Below, in pieces: positions 42,496-52,527 of a DNA stretch of 64,000 nucleotides (positions are counted from its first letter, which is position 1; every line of letters starts with the position of its first letter). This stretch comes from Escherichia phage vB-Eco-KMB39. The translations under genes were made by a program, and so were the position numbers. The notes beneath the pieces are model-generated. The model made no database searches and was not told where the DNA came from. It saw only the letters and a program-made list of their open reading frames with translations. Location: sequence record OR539219.1; one strand, written 5' to 3'.

Positions 42496-43226
42496 TAATT
42501 TTTCCTCTTTAAAATTCTGCCGCGTTTCCAACCTGGCGGTATAATATCATCTTTACCTATAAGCGTGCATTCACTTCCATTATTAATCCATTTCTTACCG
42601 CGGATTCCTTTATAATCTCTTGGTTGTATTTTGTCAAACTTTGCATCAAGTTGATATGCCCATCGAAATCCATAGGCATATTGAAATTTACCCTCAGCAC
42701 AATATTTGATATTTGACCCGTTTCCATTAACTGACCTGGACGCTGCGGCAATAGAGTGAAAGGTTTCTATGAAATCCCCATCTAATGAGAATTTATGTAT
42801 TTCGATAGATGGGCATGCATACCTATTCACGTTTGATACATGTTGTTTAGTTTCGTTTTTATGATGCTTGCCTAACATTCCTCTAGGATGAGGATTATTT
42901 TTCCAATATTTCTTAAAGAAATCAGAATTAGCTTTAGCAAATAATTTTCTGTGCAAGCTATACAATCTGTTATTAATTCTATTACCAGCTTTATCTGTTG
43001 CCATTAACGTTAACGCAGAGGCAAGACCAAAATGGCCTTCATTTATCTTGCATAGTAATAGATGCGCTATAAAATGTTCTCTAGCTGTTAATTCAACTAA
43101 ATTTTCTTTATCATCAGAACCTCCCATGCATTTAGGGACTATATGATGTGTCTCTTTATACTCGGATAAATGTTCCCGAGCCTGAGCTCGGGAAATTAGG
43201 TCATTATAGATTTTTTGATAATTCAT
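42495..43226 (-). CDS. mobE: HNH homing endonuclease MobE
   Basis: 243 aa; HNH core ETHHIVPKCMGGSDDKENLVELTAREH; located between nrdA and nrdB as T4 mobE. Confidence 0.75.
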   Translation of the reverse strand: MNYQKIYNDLISRAQAREHLSEYKETHHIVPKCMGGSDDKENLVELTAREHFIAHLLLCKINEGHFGLASALTLMATDKAGNRINNRLYSLHRKLFAKANSDFFKKYWKNNPHPRGMLGKHHKNETKQHVSNVNRYACPSIEIHKFSLDGDFIETFHSIAAASRSVNGNGSNIKYCAEGKFQYAYGFRWAYQLDAKFDKIQPRDYKGIRGKKWINNGSECTLIGKDDIIPPGWKRGRILKRKN

Positions 43227-45490
43227 TACAATTTACACGCTGCACAATCGTCGGCTTTAGGAGTTTCTATTTCATAATCATCAGTACCAGAACCATCACG
43301 GGTATTATGATAATAGAAATTTTTAATGCCATAATACCATCCGTATAACATGTCATCAATCATTATTGACATTGGAACCTTTCCTTTTGGAAAAATCTGC
43401 GGGTCATAGTATGTATTCGCTGAAGCTGATTGACATACCCATTTCAGCATAATAGCTACCTGCGTAAGATAAGGTTTATTACCTTTCTTAGCTAATTTCC
43501 ACGTATAATCATATAGGTCTATGTTATGCTCAATATTGGGCACGACTTGATTAAAGGAGCCCTCTTTTGATTCTTTAACAGAGACTGGTCCACGTGGAGG
43601 CTCGATACCGTTTGTACTGTTAGAAACTTGGGAAGATGACTCACATGGCATAAGTGCTGATAATGTGCTATTACGGATGCCAAAGAGCTTAAGGTCTTCC
43701 CGCAGCGCCGACCAGTCACAAACGTATTTTGGAGATGCGATTTGGTCAATCTTTTTATTGTACCAGTCGATAGGTAATTCGCCTCGAGACCAACGAGTGT
43801 CTGAATAATATTCGCAAGGTCCTTTTTCTTTGGCGAGCTTAATGGATGCTTTAATGAGTCCATACTGTAATCTCTCAAATAGTTCATGTGTTAAATCATT
43901 AGCATCTTCATAAGAAGCAAAGTTACTTGCCAGCCAAGCTGCATAGTTGGTAACACCTACGCCAAGATTTCGACGCTTTTTAGCTTTTTCTGCTTCAGGA
44001 ACCGGATATCCTTGGTAATCCAAAAGATTATCAAGAGCACGAACTTGAACTTCTGCCAATTCATTAATTTTATCTTGGTCTTGCCAGTCAAAATTATCTA
44101 ATACGAATGCAGAGAGAGTACACAATCCAATTTCAGCATCAGGACTATTCACATCATTTGTTGGAATAGCAATTTCACAGCACAAGTTACTCTGACGAAT
44201 AGGTGCCTTTTCACGAATAAACGGAGTATAGTTATTCGTATTATCAATGAACTGCACATAAATCCTTGCTGTTCCTGAGCGTTCAGTCATGAGTAATTCA
44301 AATAGTTCACGGGCTTTAATACGCTTTTTACGAATATTAGGGTCTTTTTCTGCGGCTTCGTACAATTCACGGAAACGGTCTTGGTCTTTAAAATAAGAAT
44401 AATAAAGCTCGCCACCCATTTCATGCGGACTGAACAAAGTAATGTAGTCGTTCTTTCCAAAACGTTCCATCATCAAATCATTCAGCTGGACGCCATAATC
44501 CATATGACGGATACGGTTTTCTTCTACACCCTTGTTATTTTTTAGAACGAGAAGATTTTCAACTTCCAAATGCCAAATAGGATAATAAGCAGTAGCAGCG
44601 CCGCCACGAATTCCACCCTGTGAGCATGATTTAACAGCAGTCTGAAAATGTTTCCAAAAAGGAATAACACCAGTATGGCGTACTTCACCCATGCCAATCT
44701 TAGAACCTTCGGCACGAATCATACCAACGTTAATACCAATTCCAGCACGTTTGGAGATATATTCAACAATTGAAGTGGAAGCCTTATTGATAGACTTTAA
44801 TGAATCACCTGCCTCAATAACAACACATGAACTAAACTGTCGAGTCGGAGTACGGCAACCAGCCATAATAGGAGTTGGTAATGAAATCTGTCGAGTAGAT
44901 ACTGCTTCATAAAAATGAATAACATGTTTTAATCTATCAATAGGTTCATCTTGATGCAATGCCATTCCAATAGTCATAAATGCAAACTGAGGAGTTTCAT
45001 AAATTTGACCAGTGGTTTTATCTTTAACTAGATATTTTTCTTTTAATTGCATCGCCCCGGAATAAGTAAATTCCATATCCCGCTCGTGCTTAATTTTTGA
45101 TTCTAAAAATGTAATTTCTTCTGCTGAATATTTTGACAATAATTCAGGGTCATATTTACCTTCATTTACACAGTAAGAAATATGGTCAATAAATGAACGT
45201 GGTTCATACTGCCCATAAACATGCTTACGAAGAGCAAACATTAAACAACGTGCAGCTACATATTGATAATCAGGCTCTTCAACTGAAATAGAATTCGCAG
45301 CAGCCTTAATTACAATGGTTTGAATGTCATCAGTGGTCATTCCATCACGGAGATATGATTTAATATTTTCATATAATTCATAAGGATCTACAGATGTTCC
45401 TTCAGCTGCCCAAGATAAAACTTTAATAATTTTTTGCGGGTCAAAGCTTTGAGAAACACCACTACTTTTGATAACATTAATTAATTGCAT
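43226..45490 (-). CDS. nrdA: ribonucleotide reductase large subunit
   Basis: 754 aa; ATP-cone N-terminus and catalytic core. Confidence 0.95.
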   Translation of the reverse strand: MQLINVIKSSGVSQSFDPQKIIKVLSWAAEGTSVDPYELYENIKSYLRDGMTTDDIQTIVIKAAANSISVEEPDYQYVAARCLMFALRKHVYGQYEPRSFIDHISYCVNEGKYDPELLSKYSAEEITFLESKIKHERDMEFTYSGAMQLKEKYLVKDKTTGQIYETPQFAFMTIGMALHQDEPIDRLKHVIHFYEAVSTRQISLPTPIMAGCRTPTRQFSSCVVIEAGDSLKSINKASTSIVEYISKRAGIGINVGMIRAEGSKIGMGEVRHTGVIPFWKHFQTAVKSCSQGGIRGGAATAYYPIWHLEVENLLVLKNNKGVEENRIRHMDYGVQLNDLMMERFGKNDYITLFSPHEMGGELYYSYFKDQDRFRELYEAAEKDPNIRKKRIKARELFELLMTERSGTARIYVQFIDNTNNYTPFIREKAPIRQSNLCCEIAIPTNDVNSPDAEIGLCTLSAFVLDNFDWQDQDKINELAEVQVRALDNLLDYQGYPVPEAEKAKKRRNLGVGVTNYAAWLASNFASYEDANDLTHELFERLQYGLIKASIKLAKEKGPCEYYSDTRWSRGELPIDWYNKKIDQIASPKYVCDWSALREDLKLFGIRNSTLSALMPCESSSQVSNSTNGIEPPRGPVSVKESKEGSFNQVVPNIEHNIDLYDYTWKLAKKGNKPYLTQVAIMLKWVCQSASANTYYDPQIFPKGKVPMSIMIDDMLYGWYYGIKNFYYHNTRDGSGTDDYEIETPKADDCAACKL

Positions 45491-45807
45491 AAGTCCTCAA
45501 CTTGAAAATCGTCTTTAAACAATCGGTTAACTATATGAGCTATTATATCACCATGACACGGCTTTGGTTTACATGTGCATCCTAGCCTCATTCCACGTAA
45601 AGGCTCTAAATGTGCTTTAGTTATTTCTCCGGATTTAATTCGACGTATAAAATCTTTTTTGAATAATTCAATGGCAGCCTCCCGGCTGCCAGCATCTTTA
45701 CCGACGTAATTTCCCCAAAATGTACCACGGTGAATATTAACATCAAAGTCGGATTTATATTTATTCACTACCTGGCATAGACGGCCCGCGCGGTGATAAT
45801 TCGTCAT
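45481..45807 (-). CDS. hypothetical Cys-rich protein
   Basis: 108 aa; [11 protein letters not shown] motif; overlaps upstream ORF by about 47 nt. Confidence 0.45.
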   Translation of the reverse strand: MTNYHRAGRLCQVVNKYKSDFDVNIHRGTFWGNYVGKDAGSREAAIELFKKDFIRRIKSGEITKAHLEPLRGMRLGCTCKPKPCHGDIIAHIVNRLFKDDFQVEDLCN

Positions 45808-46024
45808 ATTGTTTTTCCGTTAAAACAGTAATATCATAGTAACAATCTGAAGAAGTTTTAACTGTAGAAATTTTATTATCAAAATACTCACGAGTCATTT
45901 TATGAGTATAATATTTTTTGCCATAAATGATAATAGGCTGATTTGGTCCTGGAACTTCTAACTCACTTGGGTTAGGAAGTGTAAAAAGAACTACACCAGA
46001 AGTATCTTTAAATCGTAAAATCAT
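45761..46024 (-). CDS. hypothetical protein
   Basis: 87 aa from ATG 46024 with GAGGA RBS. Confidence 0.4.
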   Translation of the reverse strand: MILRFKDTSGVVLFTLPNPSELEVPGPNQPIIIYGKKYYTHKMTREYFDNKISTVKTSSDCYYDITVLTEKQYDELSPRGPSMPGSE

Positions 46025-46047
46025 ATATCCTCGCAATTAATAATTAA

Positions 46048-46359
46048 TTACACCGCCATTTTTCCTTTAATAGGAGGGTGTGATTCGTAACCTTTAAGAA
46101 CGAAATCTTTAGGCCTGAGTTTAAGAACATATTTTAATTGTTCTTTAGTAGAAAGATGACGGAATTTATAAGGCAATCCGCCTATTACCAGTTCACAAAG
46201 CTCTTTAGGTTCACGACGTAAAATTTCTTTACATTGTTCAACGTGATTCATATAGATATGAGTATTACCGCCAGAAAATATCAAATCTCCAGGAATAAGA
46301 TTACACATCTTAGCTACAATATGAATTAACGCAGCATATGATGCAATATTAAACGGTAG
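46048..46359 (-). CDS. td: thymidylate synthase, exon 2
   Basis: Frame begins directly after intron 3' AUG (CUACCGUUUAAU = LPFN...); C-terminal half of thymidylate synthase. Confidence 0.9.
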   Translation of the reverse strand, partial: LPFNIASYAALIHIVAKMCNLIPGDLIFSGGNTHIYMNHVEQCKEILRREPKELCELVIGGLPYKFRHLSTKEQLKYVLKLRPKDFVLKGYESHPPIKGKMAV

Positions 46360-47375
46360 CATTATGTTCAGATAAGGTCGTTAATCTTACCCCGGAATTA
46401 TATCCAGCTGCATGTCACCATGCAGAGCAGACTATATCTCCAACTTGTTAAAGCAAGTTGTCTATCGTTTCGAGTCACTTGACCCTACTCCCAAAAGGGA
46501 TAGTCGTTAGGCATTTATGTAGAACCAATTCCATTTATCAGATTTTACACGATAAGTAACTAATCCAGACGAAATTTTAAAATGTCTAGCTGCATCTGCT
46601 GCACAATCAAAAATAACCCCATCACATGAAATCTTTTTAATATTACTAGGCTTTTTACCTTTCATCTTTTCTGATATTTTAGATTTAGTTATGTCTGAAT
46701 GCTTATGATTAAAGAATGAATTATTTTCACCTGAACGATTTCTGCATTTACTACAAGTATAAGCAGAAGTTTGTATGCGAACACCGCACTTACAAAACTT
46801 ATGGGTTTCTGGATTCCAACGTCCGTTTTTACTTCCGGGTTTACTGTAAAGAGCTTTCCGACCATCAGATCCAAGTTTAAGCATCTTAGCTTTAACAGTT
46901 TCAGAACGTTTCTTAATAATTTCTTCTTTTAATGGATGCGTAGAACATGTATCACCAAACGTTGCATCAGCAATATTGTATCCATTAATTTTAGAATTAA
47001 GCTCTTTAATCCAAAAATTTTCTCGTTCAATAATCAAATCTTTCTCATATGGAATTTCTTCCAAAATAGAACATTCAAACACATTACCATGTTTGTTAAA
47101 AGACCTCTGAAGTTTTATAGAAGAATGGCATCCTTTTTCTAAATCTTTAAAATGCCTCTTCCATCTCTTTTCAAAATCTTTAGCACTTCCTACATATACT
47201 TTATTGTTTAAAGTATTTTTAATCTGATAAATTCCGCTTTTCATAAATACCTCTTTAAATATAGAAGTATTTATTAAAGGGCAGTCCTACAATTTAGCAC
47301 GGGATTGTCTACTAGAGAGGTTCCCCGTTTAGATAGATTACAAGTATAAGTCACCTTATACTCAGGCCTCAATTA
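46360..47375 (-). ncRNA. group I self-splicing intron in td (1016 nt)
   Basis: 5' splice site ...UUGGGU|UAAUUGAGGCCUGAGUAUAAGGUG; 3' end ...AUG|CUACCG; splicing restores a continuous thymidylate synthase frame; carries the I-TevI ORF. Confidence 0.9.
46507..47244 (-). CDS. intron-encoded GIY-YIG homing endonuclease I-TevI
   Basis: 245 aa; GIYQIKNTLNNKVYVGS GIY-YIG module, Zn finger and C-terminal DNA-binding domain; lies wholly inside the td intron. Confidence 0.9.
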   Translation of the reverse strand: MKSGIYQIKNTLNNKVYVGSAKDFEKRWKRHFKDLEKGCHSSIKLQRSFNKHGNVFECSILEEIPYEKDLIIERENFWIKELNSKINGYNIADATFGDTCSTHPLKEEIIKKRSETVKAKMLKLGSDGRKALYSKPGSKNGRWNPETHKFCKCGVRIQTSAYTCSKCRNRSGENNSFFNHKHSDITKSKISEKMKGKKPSNIKKISCDGVIFDCAADAARHFKISSGLVTYRVKSDKWNWFYINA

Positions 47376-47924
47376 ACCCAAGAAAACATCTACTGATCGT
47401 TGATACCACTGCAAATCCAAATAGCCATTACGCACATTAAACTGATAGAACATATGACAAGGCGGTAATGCCATTTGCTTGAGTTCAGCTGGATTCCATG
47501 CTGAAACAACTTGACGTCTATCATTTGGCAGTTTTTTAATACGATCAATAACTTCTACAATTTGGTCTACACCGCCAAAATCACGCCATTGTTTTCCATA
47601 AATTGGACCAAGTTCACCGCTATGGTATCCTAAATCTTTTGCTTGATTTTCGTAATTTTCATCCCAGACTGTTTTGCCTTGAATTAATGAATCATGCTGA
47701 ATTAATCGTAAATCATTTACGTTAGTACTTCCTGACAAAAACCATATTAGCTCAGCAATACAAGCTTTCCAGGCGAGCTTCTTAGTCGTTACTGCAGGAA
47801 AACCTTTAGTTAAATCCCAGCGTAATTTAGTACCGAACAAAGCAATTGTTCCTGTGCCTGTTCGGTCATCGGTTTCATAGCCATTTTCAAAAATGTCTTT
47901 AATTAAATCTTGGTATTGTTTCAT
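47376..47924 (-). CDS. td: thymidylate synthase, exon 1
   Basis: MKQYQDLIKDIFENGYETDDRTGTGT...; frame reaches intron-borne UAA directly after 5' splice site. Confidence 0.9.
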
Positions 47925-47969
47925 TTAGTACCTTATATAAATTATAATACATTTTATGAAGCTAAATAA

Positions 47970-48320
47970 TCAATACGGTTTAGCATCAAATTTTCTTTCA
48001 ATTTCAGGCGTGAAATACAATTCTTTACCGCGTTTGGAAAAGCGACCAATAATATGATAATTATTCTCATCAAACGTAATATTGCCAATATCCATAGCTT
48101 TCAACCAAATATCGATATTTCTATCCAGTTTTATATCAAAATTCCAATACGGAGAACTATTACCGAAAATACTGCAAGCGGATTCAGTGCAATAACTGCT
48201 GCTATAAATCTTGTCTTTGGGAACTACTAATTGATAGACGCCTTTGATAAACTGAGGACCCTGCCATTTTGGTTGTTTCGCGTCTTTTTCTAATAGAATA
48301 GGATAATAATTAAAGTTCAT
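47970..48320 (-). CDS. hypothetical protein inserted between frd and td
   Basis: 116 aa from ATG 48320 (GTG at 48332 gives 120 aa); no recognisable motif; T4 frd and td overlap in my recollection. Confidence 0.5.
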   Translation of the reverse strand: MNFNYYPILLEKDAKQPKWQGPQFIKGVYQLVVPKDKIYSSSYCTESACSIFGNSSPYWNFDIKLDRNIDIWLKAMDIGNITFDENNYHIIGRFSKRGKELYFTPEIERKFDAKPY

Positions 48321-48340
48321 ATTTTCCGCCACGCGTTATT

Positions 48341-48928
<588 letters not shown>

Positions 48929-49171
48929 TCAAAACCCCCTTTCAATAAACCATTCAGTGGCTTTATTAGCGTCAAAGAATAATTCTTCATATGTCTTTTC
49001 TTTGTTTTCAAAGACTGTCACACAAACACGTTGGCATTCTCCACAGTATTCTTCTGACATACGCAAAGCATCAGAAAACATTTCATTAAATTCATTTAAA
49101 TCAGGATTATACAATGCGTTAAAAATTGCATAATCGAATTCATCATTCATAAATTCAAATACAAAAATCAT
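48929..49171 (-). CDS. hypothetical protein
   Basis: 80 aa; CGEC pair. Confidence 0.45.
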   Translation of the reverse strand: MIFVFEFMNDEFDYAIFNALYNPDLNEFNEMFSDALRMSEEYCGECQRVCVTVFENKEKTYEELFFDANKATEWFIERGF

Positions 49172-49181
49172 ATTATTTTCC

Positions 49182-49424
49182 TTAAACAGACTTTTTCACA
49201 ATTTTCCAATCAGCTTTAAACTGTTCAACGTCAGAGTGGTAAATCCAGAATCCTGCGCTTTCTCCATCCTCATAAAGAGGGCATCCATCGCATTCATCTT
49301 CCCATCCCATGTCACGTAAAAGATGTTCAGCTTTTTCAACAAGTTCAGAATCTTTACCTATGATATTAAAATACCATTTACCTCTAACTTCTGAATCTTT
49401 AATGCTCTGGCGTTGTAATCTCAT
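49182..49424 (-). CDS. hypothetical protein
   Basis: 80 aa; early-type promoter upstream. Confidence 0.45.
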   Translation of the reverse strand: MRLQRQSIKDSEVRGKWYFNIIGKDSELVEKAEHLLRDMGWEDECDGCPLYEDGESAGFWIYHSDVEQFKADWKIVKKSV

Positions 49425-49449
49425 TTTATTCTCCTTAGTTGATAGGGTA

Positions 49450-49479
49450 ATAGTATCACACTACTACCCTACTGTAAAC
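49450..49479 (-). promoter_or_regulatory. T4-type early promoter (GTTTAC, TGaTACTAT)
   Basis: Motif upstream of ORF 49182-49424; -10 flanked by TAGGGTA / TACCCTA. Confidence 0.55.
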
Positions 49480-49859
49480 TACTTTTTGAAAGTTTTTCGC
49501 AAAAGTTCAATGATTTCATCTACATTGTTTTCGTCTACAATGCAGTGAATTTTTGTTACGCCAGAAATCTTGTCTTCGACTTCATCTTCTTCAGAAGTCG
49601 GTTCTTTATACTCACGAAAACAATGAAATTCGTCTTCACAAATTTCTAAAAGTCTATCTTTGAGGTAAAAATGCTTTCCATTTGCGCATTCAATGTGTTT
49701 TACTGCTTTATATCCATTAGCGACAGAAACTTCTTTAACTTCAAACCATCCGCCATTATCTCGAATAGCTTTAACTATTGATGAATTAGAACGTGGGCTA
49801 TAATTAATAAATGTATCAATAAGTCTTGGAACAAGTTCATACTTTCTACCAGTATACAT
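49479..49859 (-). CDS. hypothetical protein
   Basis: 126 aa ORF. Confidence 0.45.
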   Translation of the reverse strand: MYTGRKYELVPRLIDTFINYSPRSNSSIVKAIRDNGGWFEVKEVSVANGYKAVKHIECANGKHFYLKDRLLEICEDEFHCFREYKEPTSEEDEVEDKISGVTKIHCIVDENNVDEIIELLRKTFKK

Positions 49860-49878
49860 TGTGTTTTCCTCATTTTAA

Positions 49879-49895
49879 CGGGGCTGTAATAGCCC
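49879..49895 (-). terminator. hairpin after ORF 49904-50134
   Basis: GGGGCT-GTAAT-AGCCCC. Confidence 0.4.
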
Positions 49896-49903
49896 CTTGA
49901 TAA

Positions 49904-50134
49904 TTATTGTTCAATCAGTCCCATATAAAATTCTGCATCTTCAGAATCCATGCCATCACAATATTCATTAGCCATAAAGCGGGTGAGGTCTTCAAGAGGA
50001 CCTTCAATGACAATAGAAAAATTGCAATAATTGGGATCATCATGAATACTTGTGATACTAAGTTCAGGATAACGATTACGAATAATTTCTTCAATATATT
50101 CAAAATCAACGATGTCAATATCAACTTTAGCCAT
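49904..50134 (-). CDS. hypothetical protein
   Basis: 76 aa; early-type promoter upstream, hairpin after stop. Confidence 0.45.
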   Translation of the reverse strand: MAKVDIDIVDFEYIEEIIRNRYPELSITSIHDDPNYCNFSIVIEGPLEDLTRFMANEYCDGMDSEDAEFYMGLIEQ

Positions 50135-50178
50135 ATTATTTTCCTCTTTTAATCATCAGCAGTATTGCCGATAGTTGT

Positions 50179-50208
50179 ATAGTACCATGGAATGACAAGA
50201 ATGTAAAC
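50179..50208 (-). promoter_or_regulatory. T4-type early promoter (GTTTAC, TGgTACTAT)
   Basis: Motif upstream of ORF 49904-50134, downstream of gene 32 terminator. Confidence 0.55.
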
Positions 50209-50238
50209 TGTTTTGTGAAAAAATTTTAAAATAAAAAA

Positions 50239-50257
50239 GGGGACCTCTAGGGTCCCC
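50239..50257 (-). terminator. rho-independent terminator after gene 32
   Basis: - strand GGGGACC-CTAGA-GGTCCCC followed by TTTTTTATTTT. Confidence 0.7.
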
Positions 50258-50279
50258 AATTAATTAGTAATATAATCTA

Positions 50280-51185
50280 TTAAAGGTCATTCAAAAGGTC
50301 ATCCAGGTCCGTGTCATCAGCACCAGATGAACTGCCAGAGATTGAGCTCATAAAATCATCTTCAGTTTTTGGTTTGAAGTCATCAACATTGAATGCATCC
50401 AAATCATCAGCAACTTTATCAGCTTTCTTAGCAGCAGTTGCAGCGGCACCGCCCATCACAGCAGTTCCCATAACTTGACCGAATTTAGTGCTCAGTTCTT
50501 CAAATGATTTGAATTTATCTTTAGAAGTCATTTCAGAAAGGTCAACCATTTGTTCGAACAGTTCTTTCTGGAAAGATTCATCATCAATGTTTGGAATCGC
50601 AGATTGATTCAGGAATTTAGATTCGTCGTAGTTACTAAAACCAGAAACTTGTTTAACTTTCAGTACAAAGTTAGCACCTTCCCACGGACAAGTTACATCA
50701 ACCGGAGTTTCACCCATTTCAACATCAACTGCAATCATTGCATTGATTTTATCCCAGATTTTCTTACCGAAACGGTATTTAAATACTTTACCTTCATTTT
50801 CTGGAGCAGCTGGGTCTTTTACTACAAGAATGTTAGCCCAGTAAGAAGTTTTACGTTTAACAAGACCGTACTCTTTATTGTCAGTGTTATACAAATCATT
50901 TTTACTGATGTATTGACATACTGGGCAAGAATCGTAATCACCGTGGGTAGATGAACATGTTTCAATATACCATTTACCATTTTTCTTGAAACCGTGATTT
51001 ACAAGAATTGCGAATGGTGCTTGTTCATCATTTTTAGACGGAAGAAAACGAATTACTGCTTGACCGTTACCCGCATTATCGAGTTTCAGTTTCCACTCGC
51101 CTTTATCTTCAGAAGAAAAACCTTTATTGCCATTCAGTTTAGCCATTTGTGCAGCAAGTTCAGCAGTAGATTTACGTTTAAACAT
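50280..51185 (-). CDS. 32: single-stranded DNA-binding protein gp32
   Basis: 301 aa, [50 protein letters not shown]...; acidic C-terminus; classic UUAAA-repeat operator upstream. Confidence 0.95.
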
Positions 51186-51250
51186 TTTATTTCCTTTTTA
51201 ATTTAATTTAATTAACAGTTGGTGCTATGACACTTTACCTCATAGCTGGC
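51186..51250 (-). promoter_or_regulatory. gene 32 translational operator (UUAAA repeats plus upstream pseudoknot region)
   Basis: - strand ...GCCAGCUAUGAGGUAAAGUGUCAUAGCACCAACUGUUAAUUAAAUUAAAUUAAAAGGAAAUAAAAUG, matching the gp32 autoregulatory site as I recall it. Confidence 0.75.
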
Positions 51251-51872
51251 ATAATTCGCAATACTCTGGGTCTTCGAGAGGTATCCAACCTGAGTTGAAA
51301 TACTTTACCATCGATTTAGCAGTTGTATCAGTTATATTTATATTACCTTTAACTCTTCGCCATCCAGGAGTTTTACCGTACAGATTAGAGGATAATAATA
51401 ACACATAATTCTCGTAAGCAATATGAGATAATTTCCAAGACTCTATATTAGCTCGTGATGTTTTCCAAGGTCTAAAATCGTCACGGTTCATATAATTAGC
51501 CAATCTCATATGCTCTCTAACTTCCGGGTCTTTAGCTGGATGAGTTTCACCACTCACACCAAATCCACCACCAGCATATACCAGATTAAAATAGTCTGGA
51601 TTATCTCTGGCATTTACTTCAAGTTGGTATTTTCGTTCTGCTTCAATAACATCCAAGTCATCATCAATTTGAATTATTTTAACGCTCGGTTTTTGAAGCA
51701 TTACCGCATTCAAAAATCTTTTTTGTTTACATGAGCTCCAGTATTCCTTTCCGGAAGAGTCATATATTATTCCGTTCTCAAATGAGCAATTTAATTTACT
51801 ACCGATATAGTAGTATGGCGGAGTCTTATTTTTGACACGGTCTTCAAATGTAAACCAATATACTATATTCAT
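51240..51872 (-). CDS. segG: GIY-YIG homing endonuclease SegG-like
   Basis: 210 aa; N-terminal IVYWFTF...PPYYYIGSK; located between 59 and 32. Confidence 0.65.
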   Translation of the reverse strand: MNIVYWFTFEDRVKNKTPPYYYIGSKLNCSFENGIIYDSSGKEYWSSCKQKRFLNAVMLQKPSVKIIQIDDDLDVIEAERKYQLEVNARDNPDYFNLVYAGGGFGVSGETHPAKDPEVREHMRLANYMNRDDFRPWKTSRANIESWKLSHIAYENYVLLLSSNLYGKTPGWRRVKGNINITDTTAKSMVKYFNSGWIPLEDPEYCELCQL

Positions 51873-51873
51873 A

Positions 51874-52527
51874 TCAATACTTGCAAGATTTCACAGTTTC
51901 AATGAAAACATTTTTAGCTTTCTGTGAATCAATATTTAAAATTTTTCTATAAGCCTTTAACTTTATAGAATAATTATTCCAGACTAAATTATCAGTCTGT
52001 TCATCGTGTTTATCAATTATATTTAAAAACGAATCAAGCAAGATAAACGTCTCAAACGAAATTATGTTCGATTGCAGAAGTTTAAAAATATAACTTGACT
52101 GAACCTTTGGATTATATTCAAAGATTTCTTTAAAAGCAGAAACTTCAACTTTTTTACTAAAATAGTAAATATTGCGAATATCTTCTTCAAACTTAAACTT
52201 AATTTGCTTTAAGCGTCCGATATATTCACGATAAAACACAAGTGCATCAGCGTCAGAGATGTCGCCAATCCAAGCATCTTGGTTAGCAACCAAATTACTT
52301 ATAAAGATTAAAGCGAGTTCCTTTAATTTATATTTTTCTGATAACTTCTGGAAAAAATACTTATCCCTTCGCTTTTGATAAGCGGCATCAGACACCCGCA
52401 TGCACCAATTATACTTAATAACATCATACTTTCCATTCATATGTTGTTTTATCATTAAGTATAATTTATAAACTGATTTACCATCAATGTATCTTTCACC
52501 ACCAGCAGGCATGCGGAGTTTAATCAT
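51874..52527 (-). CDS. 59: helicase loader gp59
   Basis: 217 aa; synteny 33-59-32. Confidence 0.75.
   Translation of the reverse strand: MIKLRMPAGGERYIDGKSVYKLYLMIKQHMNGKYDVIKYNWCMRVSDAAYQKRRDKYFFQKLSEKYKLKELALIFISNLVANQDAWIGDISDADALVFYREYIGRLKQIKFKFEEDIRNIYYFSKKVEVSAFKEIFEYNPKVQSSYIFKLLQSNIISFETFILLDSFLNIIDKHDEQTDNLVWNNYSIKLKAYRKILNIDSQKAKNVFIETVKSCKY

Noticed and set aside
41317-42531. Longer 404-aa nrdB frame starting at 42531
   Set aside because: That extension would overlap mobE by 37 nt; the ATG at 42495 directly abuts the mobE stop and fits the expected protein length
47925-47969. Possible MotA-type promoter upstream of td (AGCTTCA then TATAAT)
   Set aside because: Box deviates from TGCTT and spacing is off; too weak to call
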